From contig JAVECL010000088.1 in the NCBI GenBank assembly GCA_051942245.1, positions 1 through 56,777 of the forward strand: a DNA stretch of 56,777 nucleotides, read 5' to 3'. Of this stretch, positions 11,744 through 23,503 are shown one piece after another. The DNA comes from Trypethelium eluteriae. Taxonomy: Eukaryota. A model generated the notes under the pieces. That model had not been told where the DNA came from and did not search any database. It was given only the letters and a program-made list of their open reading frames with translations. The translations under genes were made by a program, and so were the position numbers. The stretch's first letter is position 1; each line of letters starts with the position of its first letter.

Positions 11744-12114
11744 TGCTAAGAGATGATAAGCGGGGCTATAAAGATAAGATGTTTAGGGAAGGATCGAGAT
11801 TGCGAAATACTGAGTAATGTACAAATATTATTGCTGGTATCTCTCAAAGCATATTGGGATTAGGAAAAGGCTGAAGCTCATGGAAGATGAAGGCATGCTG
11901 GCATGATGCTGTCATGGCCGACCGCATCTGCTAACGGAGAACGGAGTCTACCCGCAACTCCCCAGATTTCTCGATCCTAGCATGCCGCCGATCTCGCAGC
12001 TGCTGACCGCACAGCTCTGTGAATTTCTACGGCAGCTTAATTGCTGACCGTTTTTCGCCTGCTGAACATTACACAAAAGTTTACAGCAGGCATCTTTTCA
12101 AAAGTTATTCAAAC

Positions 12115-13641
12115 ATGGCTTTGACTTTTCCTCCACCGCCTGTCAACACCATTGGTGAGTGGTAGAAAATGTACTGGACGGTACTGCCGGTATCGGACTT
12201 AATTGTTCAGAGGTTGCTGATGCTCGAGGATAGACTGGGACAATGTTGGCTTCAAAGTTCGCGAAGGTTCGATGCCAAATTTTTCCGTTCTCTCAATATC
12301 AATTGCTAAAAGCTTCGTCTAGTCAATGGCCACATCGAAGCCCACTACAGTAAAAAGACCGGAAAATGGTCAGAACCAGAATTCGTCCAAGACCCTTTCC
12401 TCCATATTCATGGCATGGCTCCTGGCCTAAACTATGGTATACATTCTCATCATCACTTCTTTACATCCGGCGCCTTATACTCACTAGTACCCAGGCCAAC
12501 AATGTTACGAAGGCCTCAAAGCCTTCCGCAACCCCACCGACACCCAAATCTCCATCTTTCGGCCTGACCAAAACGCTCACCGTATGGCCCACTCCGCCGA
12601 ATTCATCTCCATCCCACCCGTGCCTCCTGCCCTCTTCCTCCGTAGTGTCAACCTCGCCGTCTCCCTCAACGCCGCCTTCGTCCCACCCCATCGCACCGGC
12701 GCCGCCATGTACATCCGTCCCTTACTCTTCGGTTATTCCGCACAGCTTGGGCTCGACGCCCCTGAAGAATACCTCTTTTGCGTGTACGTGATGCCGACAG
12801 GGGTGTACCACGGAGTGCATCCCGTAGACGCGCTGATATTGGAGGAGTTCGATCGAGCGGCACCGGAGGGAACGGGGAGCGCGAAGGTGGGCGGGAACTA
12901 CGCGCCGGTGTTGAGGTGGAGTGATAAAGCGAAAAAGGAGGGATTTGGGATTACACTGCATCTGGATAGTCGGACGAGGACAGAGGTGGATGAATTCAGT
13001 ACGAGTGGGTTTATTGGGGTGCATAAGGAGGAGGGGACGCCGGATGAGGAGGGATATACGTTGGTGGTGCCGGATAGCAAGAACGTGATTAAAAGTGTTA
13101 CGGCTGAGAGTGCCTGTGAGCTTGCTAAAAGCTTTGGTTGGAAGGTGGAAAAGAGACAGGTAAGTGCTACTAGCCTTAATATTCTCGATCTCTTGAACAC
13201 CCAGCGAAATGGGACGAAATGTCTTTTTCTGGATGAACTTGATGACACAAGAGTTCTTCTTTCGCGCCTATGATATGTATTAGACTGCAGTCAGAAGCTG
13301 TCGCTGACGAAAGAAAATCACAGATACTGTACAAAGAGCTACCCAGCTTCTCCGAAGTCCTTGCCGCTGGTACTGCGGCTGCTCTCGTCCCAATAAAATC
13401 TATCACCACACGATCGAACAATGATAAATTCATATACCAGGGCGGAAGTGACGACCCGGGCCCGGCTTGCATGAAGCTGCTTACAACGTTGAAGGGTATC
13501 CAACAAGGCAAAATAGAGGATAAGTTCGGTTGGTTGGATCATGTCCAGGAGGCCAAAGAAAATTCATATGTGACAAGGGGAAAAGGTGTAGATGGCGTGA
13601 AGACGAATGGAGTTGTAAATAACGTTGATAAGCTACCTTGA
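12115..13641 (+). CDS. Branched-chain amino acid aminotransferase (PLP class IV)
   Basis: Spliced [30 protein letters not shown]...[16 protein letters not shown]...YIRPLLFG...AKVGGNYAP...DEFSTSGF...[14 protein letters not shown]; four introns. Confidence 0.93.
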
Positions 13642-14630
13642 GAAAGGTCTAGCAAAAAGTGAGCTAAGCGCTTGACCCTAGAGTTAAGCTTCAGGAATTG
13701 CTGAGCACATCAAGGGGCGTGCTTGTGATAACCGCAGACAAGGCTACTCTGTAGTTGCCAGCAACACCGTTAGTGCGATGAAGTCCAAGAATTTGACTCT
13801 TGGCTCTCCGAATAGTGTGAATGGTGTTTCTCGTCCCCAGCGTCGCTGTAAAAGTGACTATCAGGGCAGCCACAGACGAATTACTTGAGTTTCTCCACAA
13901 ATCTAAATCTTGCACCCAACGCTTTCAACGATTCTGAAGTACAGGTTCGCGAACAATATGATTCAACGGTAGGTTCATTGCCATAGATGAACAAGGTATT
14001 GATTGAAGTTGGGTTCAAGGATCCTACAGAAGTAAAATTAACAAGGATCATCAGTTGTCTCCAAGGTCATTGGATGTAAGCATGCATTGTTCCGATTGTT
14101 GCGCTACTATGACGCGGTTCTCGAAAAGCAACGCGTAGCCGCCCGTGCATCGGTCGGTATGAGCACGTCCTTAAACATGCGTGAAGAAAATGCTGCACTT
14201 GCAGTTGCTTCCCCTTCTCGCCACATGACAATTGACTTGAGCGGATGCGGTCAAGGATGGGGTTGAGAGGGAATGGCTTTGTTAGCAAAAGAATGAGGCC
14301 CAATGCACGCCGACGCGCGACGTCACCGGCGCCAGCATAATTGACCACCTAGCGAGGGCCACGATGTATCCTCCGAGTCCAGCATCCCCAGCAATCATTC
14401 AATCGAAACGGGAATTTATCCTCCATGCATACACGCTAAGCTGGCGATCAGTCTGGCTGAATCTCACTCGTCAATCTTGCTTCAGCGCCAGCTCTCTAAT
14501 CCAAGGACCTTTGCCCTTCCGCTTGACATGTCGCGCAGTGGCGTGTCTGGCTTTCATCCTTTCAAAGGGAGAATCTCTCGACATTTTGGCGAAAATGTAT
14601 GAAGTTCTTTTCCCCAATTTCCGTCTTACA

Positions 14631-15787
14631 ATGAGCGCCTCCTCTGTCCGTTTCCACACGCCAGAAATGAAGCAAATCCACGTAAAGCTTCGGGAAAATG
14701 CTTCCTCTCAAAGCTTCATTGGCTGACGGGACTCGAATATATCCAGTTATCACCAGATGATGCCTACCTAAGCTGCGAGTATATGAAATCTTGTTGAAAG
14801 ATCTTTGACTGATTCGAGTAATAGATTACGATATTCGCCGTATGCACCCCTCTTTGAGTTTATCTGAACATGGCACTGACGTAAAGACTCCAGTGACGAA
14901 AGAAGACGTAGACTGCATCAAGGCCGGCTGGCTTACCGACAATGTGAGTCGTGCTAGAGGATACACGTCCTGAATGCTGACGGGAAGATAGGCAATTGCA
15001 TTCTGGGAAGAGTGAGTATTGCATTATCTAACATCTCACGGAACCGATCGATCATTGATTTCCTATACAGATGGCTCGAACGCGAGAGACTCAAAGAATA
15101 CCCAAAAGCCGACATCGTTCTCCTCCGACCCTCTATGTCCTTTATGCTCCGTCAAACCAGAGATCCTCTCACTCTGAAAGATGCGTTACCAAATTTCTCC
15201 AAGACAACGCACGTCTTTCTCCCGATTAACGACGCTCGAGATGTAACGATAGCAGAAGGAGGGTCACATTGGAGTCTACTTGTAGTGAGCGTGGTCGACC
15301 GCGTTGCATTTCATTATGATTCGTTGCGCCCCACGAATAGGCAGGAAGCTCTGATATCGTCGGAAAAGCTTGGTGTCTTATTCGGTAAAGAACTAAGATT
15401 CATCGACCTGTCAGAAAGTCCGCAGCAGGAGAATGGGTCAGATTGTGGCGTTTTCGTTTGCTTGCAAATGCAATTCTTGCTCCTGAGCCGGCTTTTGACT
15501 GCTCAAGCCACCGACAAGGTCAACATGAGCCTCGGCGGAAAGCTCATAGATGCGGCTTCAGGTCGGAAGCAAATGTTCAAGATCATCGAGGATTATAGGA
15601 AGGAAGGTGAGCGGCGAAGATCGTAAGTTGCCTCCCGAATTTACTGTACGTCTGAATATAGCCTGAGTTTACACCGTCTAGGCGGAGCTTAAGTCCGTTC
15701 AACAAGAAGGACAAATCCAAGAGTCCACCTAGAATCGGTGAAGAGGACTGGACGATGACTTCCCAAAAGGATACCCAGGAGACATGA
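14631..15787 (+). CDS. DEN1: Ulp1/C48-family NEDD8-specific protease (Den1/NEDP1/SENP8-like)
   Basis: Spliced DAYLSYYDIRLTKEDV...WLTDNAIAFWEEWLE; FLPIND...GGSHWSLLVVS...HYDS; PQQENGSDCGVFVC, giving an H-D-C triad. Alternative in-frame ATG at 14595; stop TGA 15785-15787. Confidence 0.88.
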
Positions 15788-16406
15788 ACATTGCAATTAG
15801 TATGAATTTGAAGTTTAGCTAGCTGACTGATGGACCTTAGCGGGGAGCCTCAATCTTGCTCGTACAAAGCTTCTGAGCTATGTAGGACGATGGTCGAATC
15901 TGAAATAGATTCTTGCAGATAATTACAGTAAAAGTTAGTCCTGCTACGGACTGTCTAGTATTTGCAGAAGCAAGTTCGCTGCTTCCCAGAGTTCTCTACA
16001 AATTTAGTCAGCTCGTGGCACGGTCTCTATGACAATAGTACATTTTATACGCTTATCAATTATGTGAAAAAAGTGTCCGCTCGCTGGCGCGGGAAAATTG
16101 CTGGGGCTTGCCCGAGCATTTTTATCCTAGTATTGTATACCCATACCATACTTGCCGCGCTCGGGTGGAGTTCCGCAGCAAAATGACCTCACTCCACCTG
16201 GCACAAAACCCGATGTCGAGAATGGAAGGTCAAATCGAAATTTAAAAATCTGGGAATCGCGACCTTCGGATTGTGTCATGGAAGCTGATAAGACCTCAAG
16301 GCGATATTACTAAATGTCGTAGCCCATGCTTATCCTTCCGGATAAGATATATAGAGCAGTAGACAGAAGACTCCTTTGATGCATAAATTCTGGACCCACT
16401 AGCAAA

Positions 16407-18122
16407 ATGGTGTTACTAACAGTATGGGTCTTGATACTTTTCATTGGTGTCTCCAGTGCAATTAGACATCCATTGCGATCTAATGGGAAATTGACTAGAA
16501 GAGAGGTCACCTTCATCAATGGTTCAGATTACCCAGCCTCAGAAATAAAGATCCCCATAGATCACTATAACAGCTCCGACAGTCGGACGTACTCCAATCG
16601 ATACTGGATAAATAGCAAATACTATCGCTCGGGTGGACCTGTCTTTTACCTTGACTCGGGCGAGCAGAATGCGGAACCTCTCGTCCCATATTTTCTATAC
16701 GAAGTAGCAGGCCCAAGTGCTGTAATGAGTCTGGCTCGAAGATTCAATGGGTTGGCACTCATCTTCGAACATCGCTTCTATGGCCAGTCGCTTCCCTTTC
16801 CTATTAATACAACAACAGGGTTGGCAGAAGAGGGTTACTCCGCGTACCAATACCTCAATACAGAGCAAGCATTGCAGGACCCTGTCTACTTCGCTAACAA
16901 CTTCCAACCTCCAGGGCTGGAATCGTCCTGGTCATCGCTGTCTCCAAAGAACACACCATGGGTATGGCTGGGAGGAAGCTATCCTGGAGTTCGCGGAGCA
17001 CACATGAGGGTTCGGAATCCCGAGACGTTTTACGCGACCTGGGCATCTTCGGCTCCAACACAGGCTGCCGTCGATATGTGGACCTACTATGCCCAGGCCG
17101 AGCGTTCCATGACCAGGAATTGTTCTGCAGATTATACTGCCGTGACACGATACGTTGATGCTACGTTGAGCAACGGCACCCAGCAAGAGGTCAGCGACGT
17201 GAAGTATGCTCTGTACCAAGCAGTGCTAGCCAGCCCCGGTAATGAGCAGCCAGCTATCAATAGGAGCGAAGCGGATGCCCTTAGCAATTCTGATGTTGGC
17301 AATTATCTGTTGCTTCCGCTTTCGTTCTATCAATACTACGGCTTCGAGGCGTCGGTGCAACCATTCTGCAACATCATGGAAACCTTCAATCAGTCCAATG
17401 TGTTCACGATCGATAATGGAGGTACGTCGAAAGCCATTGCATCTGAATCCGGGATCGCAAGCACGTACAACATCTCCCTTGCATGGAAGTCCTTTCTGAC
17501 AGGGATTGCACAAATCGACTATGATTCCATCCCTTATAGCGGCGATCAGGACGAAAACAATTCTTGGATGTGGCAGTACTGTTCAGAATATGGCTTCTAT
17601 CAGCGCGGTAATCCAGAGAATCCGCACACGATCGAAAGCCAATTTATCTCCCTCGCGCTCTTCCAATCTCAGTGTAATGAGACCTTCCCTGAAGGCCTCC
17701 CGCCCAGCCCGAACGTTGCCGCTCCAAACAAATACGGAGGCTGGAACATCAATCCATCCAACATCATGTTCGCATCAGGCGAATACGATCCTTGGCGTGC
17801 ATATTCCCCAACTTCGACGGAGATCGGATCGCCAGGCCGACAAGCTATTGCGGACATCCCGGAGTGCGGTGTTGCGCCGCCGAACGATACTGTGTTCGGA
17901 CTTGTGTACAGAGATATGGTGCATGTAAGCGACATGCGGGCGCTCCTAAACAAGAGTGATCCCAATCATCAGAACTTTTCCACAGTTGGATTTTCGAGTC
18001 CAATTGACGCGGAGCCGTTCTATGCTGGGGTGGGACTGTTCGGGATGGCGCTGGAGAAATGGCTGCCGTGTTTCGGGAATGGAAGTTATGGGCGAATGAC
18101 ATTTCAGTTTCCTGATTCATGA
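16407..18122 (+). CDS. Secreted serine peptidase, family S28
   Basis: Signal peptide; IDHY, EHRFYGQSLP, EQALQD, nucleophile GGSYPG, WASSAP, WMWQYCSEYG, GEYDPW, HVSD; intronless. Confidence 0.93.
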   Translation: MVLLTVWVLILFIGVSSAIRHPLRSNGKLTRREVTFINGSDYPASEIKIPIDHYNSSDSRTYSNRYWINSKYYRSGGPVFYLDSGEQNAEPLVPYFLYEVAGPSAVMSLARRFNGLALIFEHRFYGQSLPFPINTTTGLAEEGYSAYQYLNTEQALQDPVYFANNFQPPGLESSWSSLSPKNTPWVWLGGSYPGVRGAHMRVRNPETFYATWASSAPTQAAVDMWTYYAQAERSMTRNCSADYTAVTRYVDATLSNGTQQEVSDVKYALYQAVLASPGNEQPAINRSEADALSNSDVGNYLLLPLSFYQYYGFEASVQPFCNIMETFNQSNVFTIDNGGTSKAIASESGIASTYNISLAWKSFLTGIAQIDYDSIPYSGDQDENNSWMWQYCSEYGFYQRGNPENPHTIESQFISLALFQSQCNETFPEGLPPSPNVAAPNKYGGWNINPSNIMFASGEYDPWRAYSPTSTEIGSPGRQAIADIPECGVAPPNDTVFGLVYRDMVHVSDMRALLNKSDPNHQNFSTVGFSSPIDAEPFYAGVGLFGMALEKWLPCFGNGSYGRMTFQFPDS

Positions 18123-18302
18123 AATGCTCCTGTATGGCCAGATGGTAAGATCTTGACAAGAAAGACCTGCTCCGGGAACCCAAAATTGGACCACCGCCGT
18201 CTTTGACGGGGTTTGGTACACAGGGAATTTTTGGAGGGCATCATGAAGCCGGCTGACACCGCTTCCTGATTGCCCTTGGATATTGTATTCATATGATGTA
18301 CC

Positions 18303-18959
18303 TCAGCCTACCCAAGCCCAATCATAAATCTTTTTCATCCCCAAGGCTGCACCAATTAGCACTGTCATCATGGTGACAACTATGCCAAAGATGACACTTG
18401 TTCTTAGTTCGAACGCTTCTGACACCTCCATCTTCGCGATCTTTCGATGCTTCTTCTTGATATACCATGGCTGTTTGGGTCGGTCTCCTGATCCATCATT
18501 GCCCCCGTTGTGTGTTCCATACGGCTCAGGGTCCCACCATTTCGCTGGAGCTATGCGGGATAGCACGGATGCTACTGTAGATGTTGTAGGATGCTCGGAG
18601 ACACGGTAGGCACGATTGCGGCGGTCAACGAGGAAGAGTGAGAGCAGAAACGAAGTGAATAGTAAAGGCGACAAGATTAGCTGGGTGAAGAAGGATTCAG
18701 ACGGATCAGATGGTCCAGTCTCATGAGACGTCTCGGGACTGTTTGGAGGAGACGGAGAATTACCAGGCGTTGTGTTGAGTTCTAGGAAGGGATCGGACTT
18801 CTTCTTGGAATGCTTGGGTCGTGAGCGTGAGGGTGGGCGTGAAGAAAGAGATAAGGGCGAAGATGGAGTACACGCAGGCGGTGGTGCTAGAGTTTTAGTC
18901 GACATCTCAGATTTTCGGGTATGATTATGGAAATCTATAAGGGCTTGTGGAGGAGGCAA
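18303..18959 (-). CDS. Hypothetical membrane protein with two hydrophobic segments
   Basis: 218-aa ORF with S/P-rich N-terminus, LILSPLLFTSFLLSLFLVDR, KKKHRKIAKMEVSEAFE and a C-terminal TM. ORF start is non-ATG; likely start is the internal MSTKT. Confidence 0.7.
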   Translation of the reverse strand: MPPPQALIDFHNHTRKSEMSTKTLAPPPACTPSSPLSLSSRPPSRSRPKHSKKKSDPFLELNTTPGNSPSPPNSPETSHETGPSDPSESFFTQLILSPLLFTSFLLSLFLVDRRNRAYRVSEHPTTSTVASVLSRIAPAKWWDPEPYGTHNGGNDGSGDRPKQPWYIKKKHRKIAKMEVSEAFELRTSVIFGIVVTMMTVLIGAALGMKKIYDWAWVG

Positions 18960-19717
18960 GTGATCTTTTTGTTTCTGACATCCATATTGTTACTTGTCAT
19001 CTCTTTCAAATGTCAAATGGCTTTCGGATAGCACCGCAAAGCGGCCTCTCCGGGCCGACGTCATTGGCAACAACGCCGAGGCGGGCCGGGGGTGGCGGGC
19101 CGAGAAACAACGCGCTCCCGTCTGGAATCTCAGATTGTCTTCGTCGCTGCAGCCGACTCAGCAGGTCATTCCAAAACGTACCTTTGACAATTCGGGAGAA
19201 GTTCTGATTGTCAGTGACTGCCAGACTGATTAAACTAGATTTATTTCCCATTCAGCATCCGCAAGAATGATTGCGGAATTGGCCTGCTCTTTTAGAGTCG
19301 ACTCTCGCACGTCAAGTACCCGATCGCCTCATCAATTTAGTGGACTCCAATACATGAATAGGCGGGCACGGCGGGCTGTTAATATGAGAAGGCTGGCACT
19401 CTACTCCGCGGGGTTCCATGGTTGCGACGCTCACCAGGGCTAATCTGCCTGCTTGGTAAGCCAGTGATGGTCTCACAGAGCGTGAGAGGGTTCTCCAGCC
19501 CATCAGCACCCGCACTTGTCCTTCGCCGCGACTCCCTCGGTCGTCCGAAGGTTTTCGTCCGACCTTCTTTCATTGCACTCCCATTCTACTCCCTCGCATA
19601 CCACCTGTATATGTGCCCAAAGACCAGACAAACTTTCGTCCGCTGACCTGATCAATCCTTAATTTTAAGGTTGTCCCTGCTTGTCCGAACAATTAACCTT
19701 CTACACTAAACCAGGCC

Positions 19718-22129
19718 ATGCCTCGCTCCTCGGCAAGCCCAGATCTTGAGGCGGACAGCCGACCCTTGAAGAAAATGAGAAAAGGTACTCACAGTTGCTT
19801 CGAATGCAGAAGACGCAAAATACGCTGTATCTTTCCTCCGGACAATCCGTCCGTGTGCTCGGAATGCTTTGCGCGCGGATCCAAGTGCGTGGGCCAGCAC
19901 GAGGCCGATGTGGACGTCGCGTCGATAGATAATCGTAAAAACCTTAGAGAAAGGGTGGCAAAGCTAGAAGCTCTTGTGGAAGCTCTCTCCCACGACCGGA
20001 CCAATGCGGCACATGGTGGCCCACAGATCGCTGTGGATCCACGAGAGGCAGCGCCAAATGGAGACACGCAAACAAATCGTAAGGCCTCCAATAATTTACA
20101 TCATTCGAATTATCGTCTATCTCAGTTTTCATGTAATTATCCTTCTTTTCACCAACAGATGCTCAAGCAACAAGTAAACTTTTTTTTTTTTTCAAAGGTG
20201 ACTGATACACATCGCAGCTCAATTCGAGGTTCCTCCAACATCCTTGCCAGAAAGCTCCGATACTCCTTCCATTAGCCAAAACAATGTGCCAATCTTATCG
20301 ATTTTTGACGATGACCCGAATGCATCTGTCGGGTCCAAGTATAAGACAGGGCAAGAGGCCCTGAACTCCACTAATGCGGTCAAACAGAAGAAGATAAAGG
20401 ATAGCAACACTCGAAGGGGTATCTTAGCGAACCTGCCGGAGGACCCGACAGATTTGGAAAGATCTATCGCCAACACGGAAAACTGGTGGAAAGTAACCCA
20501 ACGGCTTTTCCTTGGCTTCTGTGGCTTTGGCATGGAGTCGACCATGGCGCAATTTGCAGATTTCGCATTGAAAAGCGAGAATCCGGTCATCCTAGGCTCT
20601 TTTCTCCTTTGTCTAGCAATAAATGGTCAGAAGAATGAGCAGTTGTACATCAACGTGGTCTCAAGCCTAATCGTTTCTGATGATGATTATGCTGCGACAA
20701 TGGAAGGCATTGAATGCATGTCCCTCATTGCGAAGTATTATGCAGACGTCGGCAGGCCCAGAAAAGCTTGGATGACTTTTCGACGGGCCATCATGTTCAG
20801 CCAACTACTAGGATTACATCGATCTCACTCCTTTCATGCTAGGAAAGATACAATGTTTTGGCATCTATATGAGGCAGGTAAGCACATTCAATAAGAACGC
20901 TGTCGTAATGTTCGGTCATGCTGAGAGCCCGTAGATCGATATCTGAGCTTACTCCTTGGCCTACCTCACGGTATCTCAGATTCTCACTGCGAAGTGAACG
21001 TTAATCCCAATCCTGGTTGCAACATCACAGCTTCAACGAGATTTCGCCGAAAGGCAGCAGTTTTAGCTGGAAAAGTAGTTGATCGTAACCAAGGTGTCCA
21101 AAGTCAATCATATTCTGCCGCACTCGACCTTGACCAAGAGCTTGACGAGTAAGTCTGTTGATTACTCTCGATATCTCCGCATCTGGAGTTATAGCTGACT
21201 AGTTCACCATCAGCCTCGCTGCTACATTGGATCCGAAGTGGTGGAACCTAGCAGAACAGACCGCGCATCAGGACGATGTCGACTTTGGGATTGCACACGA
21301 GGCTCGACTAGCCCTGATCACATTTTATGAAGTCAAGATGTATCTGCACCTACCCTACATGCTCAAAACCGCAACGAATCCCCGATACGAATTCAGCCGA
21401 AATGCTTGTTTTGATGCAGCCAAAAAAGGCCTTGAAATATACCACTTGCTCCATTGCAATTACTCCAAGGTCTTGCGATCGTTCTACGACTGCCAAGTTA
21501 TCGATTTCATTGGATTCACAAATGCCGTTGTCTTTCTCCTTGGACTTCTGGGGTATGGAAACTCCAAGACTGCAAAGAGAGACGTCAGAGATACGGAAGA
21601 TGAAGCCGACTGGCAACTTGTATACAAGACGATCGACATCTTCCGTGAGAATCCGATCACGAGGTATACTGCAGTGGCGCAGCAAAGCTATCAGGCATTG
21701 AATGTCCTAAGTCGTTGTCGCGATTGTAAGGGCGACTCTGATGGACAGAGTGAGCCGATCATCAACATTCCATACTTTGGTATCCTGAAGATCGGGAAAA
21801 AGTCTAAGTTTGCTGAGATCGCAAAACAGCGGTCTGCAAATAATTCGACAGCTCCTACTCCGGATAGTCAGACCGGATGTGCAGTTCAACAGATGCCAAC
21901 CCCACCAGATCAACGACTGCCGGATCAGAATCCGCAATCTAATACTGGAGCTCCTTCGATATCGTATAATGGCTTCTACATGTCAGAACTTGACAATTTC
22001 AACTATGAGATGTCCCAAGGCAATGGGGGATTTGGTGGTGCGGCATCGGACCCAGGGGCGTATTGGTGGCAGCTGAATTCAAACGTGGATATAGACAAGG
22101 ATTGGAATTGGTTCATGAGCGGTTACTGA
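19718..22129 (+). CDS. Zn(II)2Cys6 transcription factor
   Basis: KMRKGTHSCFECRRRKIRC...CSECFARGSKC. A 15-nt micro-exon (20159-20173) keeps phase into ORF 20244; further exons run to the stop at 22129. Confidence 0.92.
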
Positions 22130-22733
22130 TTGGGTTGTGTGGCAGAACCGCTTGTTTTATTCTACTGAGAGGTTTGTGATTTAGCGATACGGCCGATACC
22201 CATGGAGTTCAAGGAAGGCAAAATGACTGTATGAACAGGAAGACTATATGTGAGAACGCAGACAGTGCGATGCAACTAGTACAGAGAAGCAAGCCCGCCA
22301 AACCAACCTAGTGGTGAATCTCCTCGACGTTGCCAGGCAAGATGACACCGCAAATGTGCCAGGACGTGACAAATCGATTGGCTCCATCGGATCACTGTGA
22401 GCGGAGGTCTAATGAAAGGCAGGCTTCGTTTATCCTATTATTGTTTTATTGCCTACTTCGTCTGATAAACAGCGCAGCATTAGTAATCTCCCCTATTGCC
22501 AGAGGCTAGTGGTGTCTTCATAGAGAGGATGATCGATTTTAATTTGTCAGCAACTGCGAAGAAACAATTCACACGAGTCGCTAGACAAAAACTACGCGCA
22601 GTAGAGATTGGAAAAAATTCGACTTCGGACCAATTCGCGCGGCTACAGAGCCAAGATTAACATTGGAAACAATTTCTTTGGTTAGGTACTTGTCGCTTGA
22701 ATGACTCTGAAGCATTCTAGAGGATGGACATGC

Positions 22734-22771
22734 CTAGAAGAATGATGCTAGAAGAATGATGCTGGATGAAT
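22734..22771. repeat. 14-bp tandem repeat CTAGAAGAATGATG, about 2.6 copies
   Basis: ctagaagaatgatg ctagaagaatgatg ctggatgaat, upstream of the MFS gene. Confidence 0.7.
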
Positions 22772-23503
22772 CATCATGAATCAAAGATCCACCAGTTCAC
22801 GAAGTCCAATCGGTTGCTTCGTCCGCGTCGCTTAGTTAGCCTCATTGTTGACTAGCACGACCAGGTACGCCGTGTACGCCGCGACGCCCAGCCCCTGACA
22901 TGCCCTAACGTCCTAGGACTTCAAGCGTTCCAAGAAAAATTGGCGTTCGATTCCGCCAAACGGACCTTCTGGAGATAATTCACGGCCCAAACTATGCGGC
23001 TTTTACTAATTCCGGGCCTACGCGACCCCTGTTGCAATAGTTGAGATTGTGCTATCCCAATCATCTCAGACTGACTCGGGTGATGCACAAGAATGGCCAC
23101 ACCGGGAGACGGGTGGCCGGGATGTCAACTTAATCCACATCCTGGAAATTAGCCTTCGCGAGCCTCAAGTAGCAATGGCCGCGTGAGCTGGGACAATCAA
23201 CTGCCTGAGATGGGGAGGAATGTGGCGTTCCGTATCGGACGAATGTGGTCGAAACTCTGTTTTACCACTCATACCCTAGGTGTGGGCCGCTTGCAACTGG
23301 CCCGACAAAGATACGATGCTAAAGAGTATGGCTCATAATGAGTTGATCTACCCTTGAAAATTTACGCTCTTCATATAATAAGGGTCCAATACCTGTAGGT
23401 TCAAAACATATTTCGCTTGCCTCAACGGCCAGATTGTGGTTCTTTGACTTCTTTGTTCCATTGGTCACTCCCTCTGCGCAAAATATCCAGCCAATTGGTA
23501 GCT

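Noticed and set aside
13160..13323. C/D snoRNA in the long BCAT intron (TGATGA ... CTGA)
   Set aside because: The only D-box candidate coincides with the branch point GCTGAC, and there is no terminal stem.
22941..22958. TGGCGTTCGATTCCGCCA, resembling a tRNA T-arm or B-box
   Set aside because: Loop register is wrong for a 7-nt T-loop, and no acceptor, D or anticodon arms can be built upstream.
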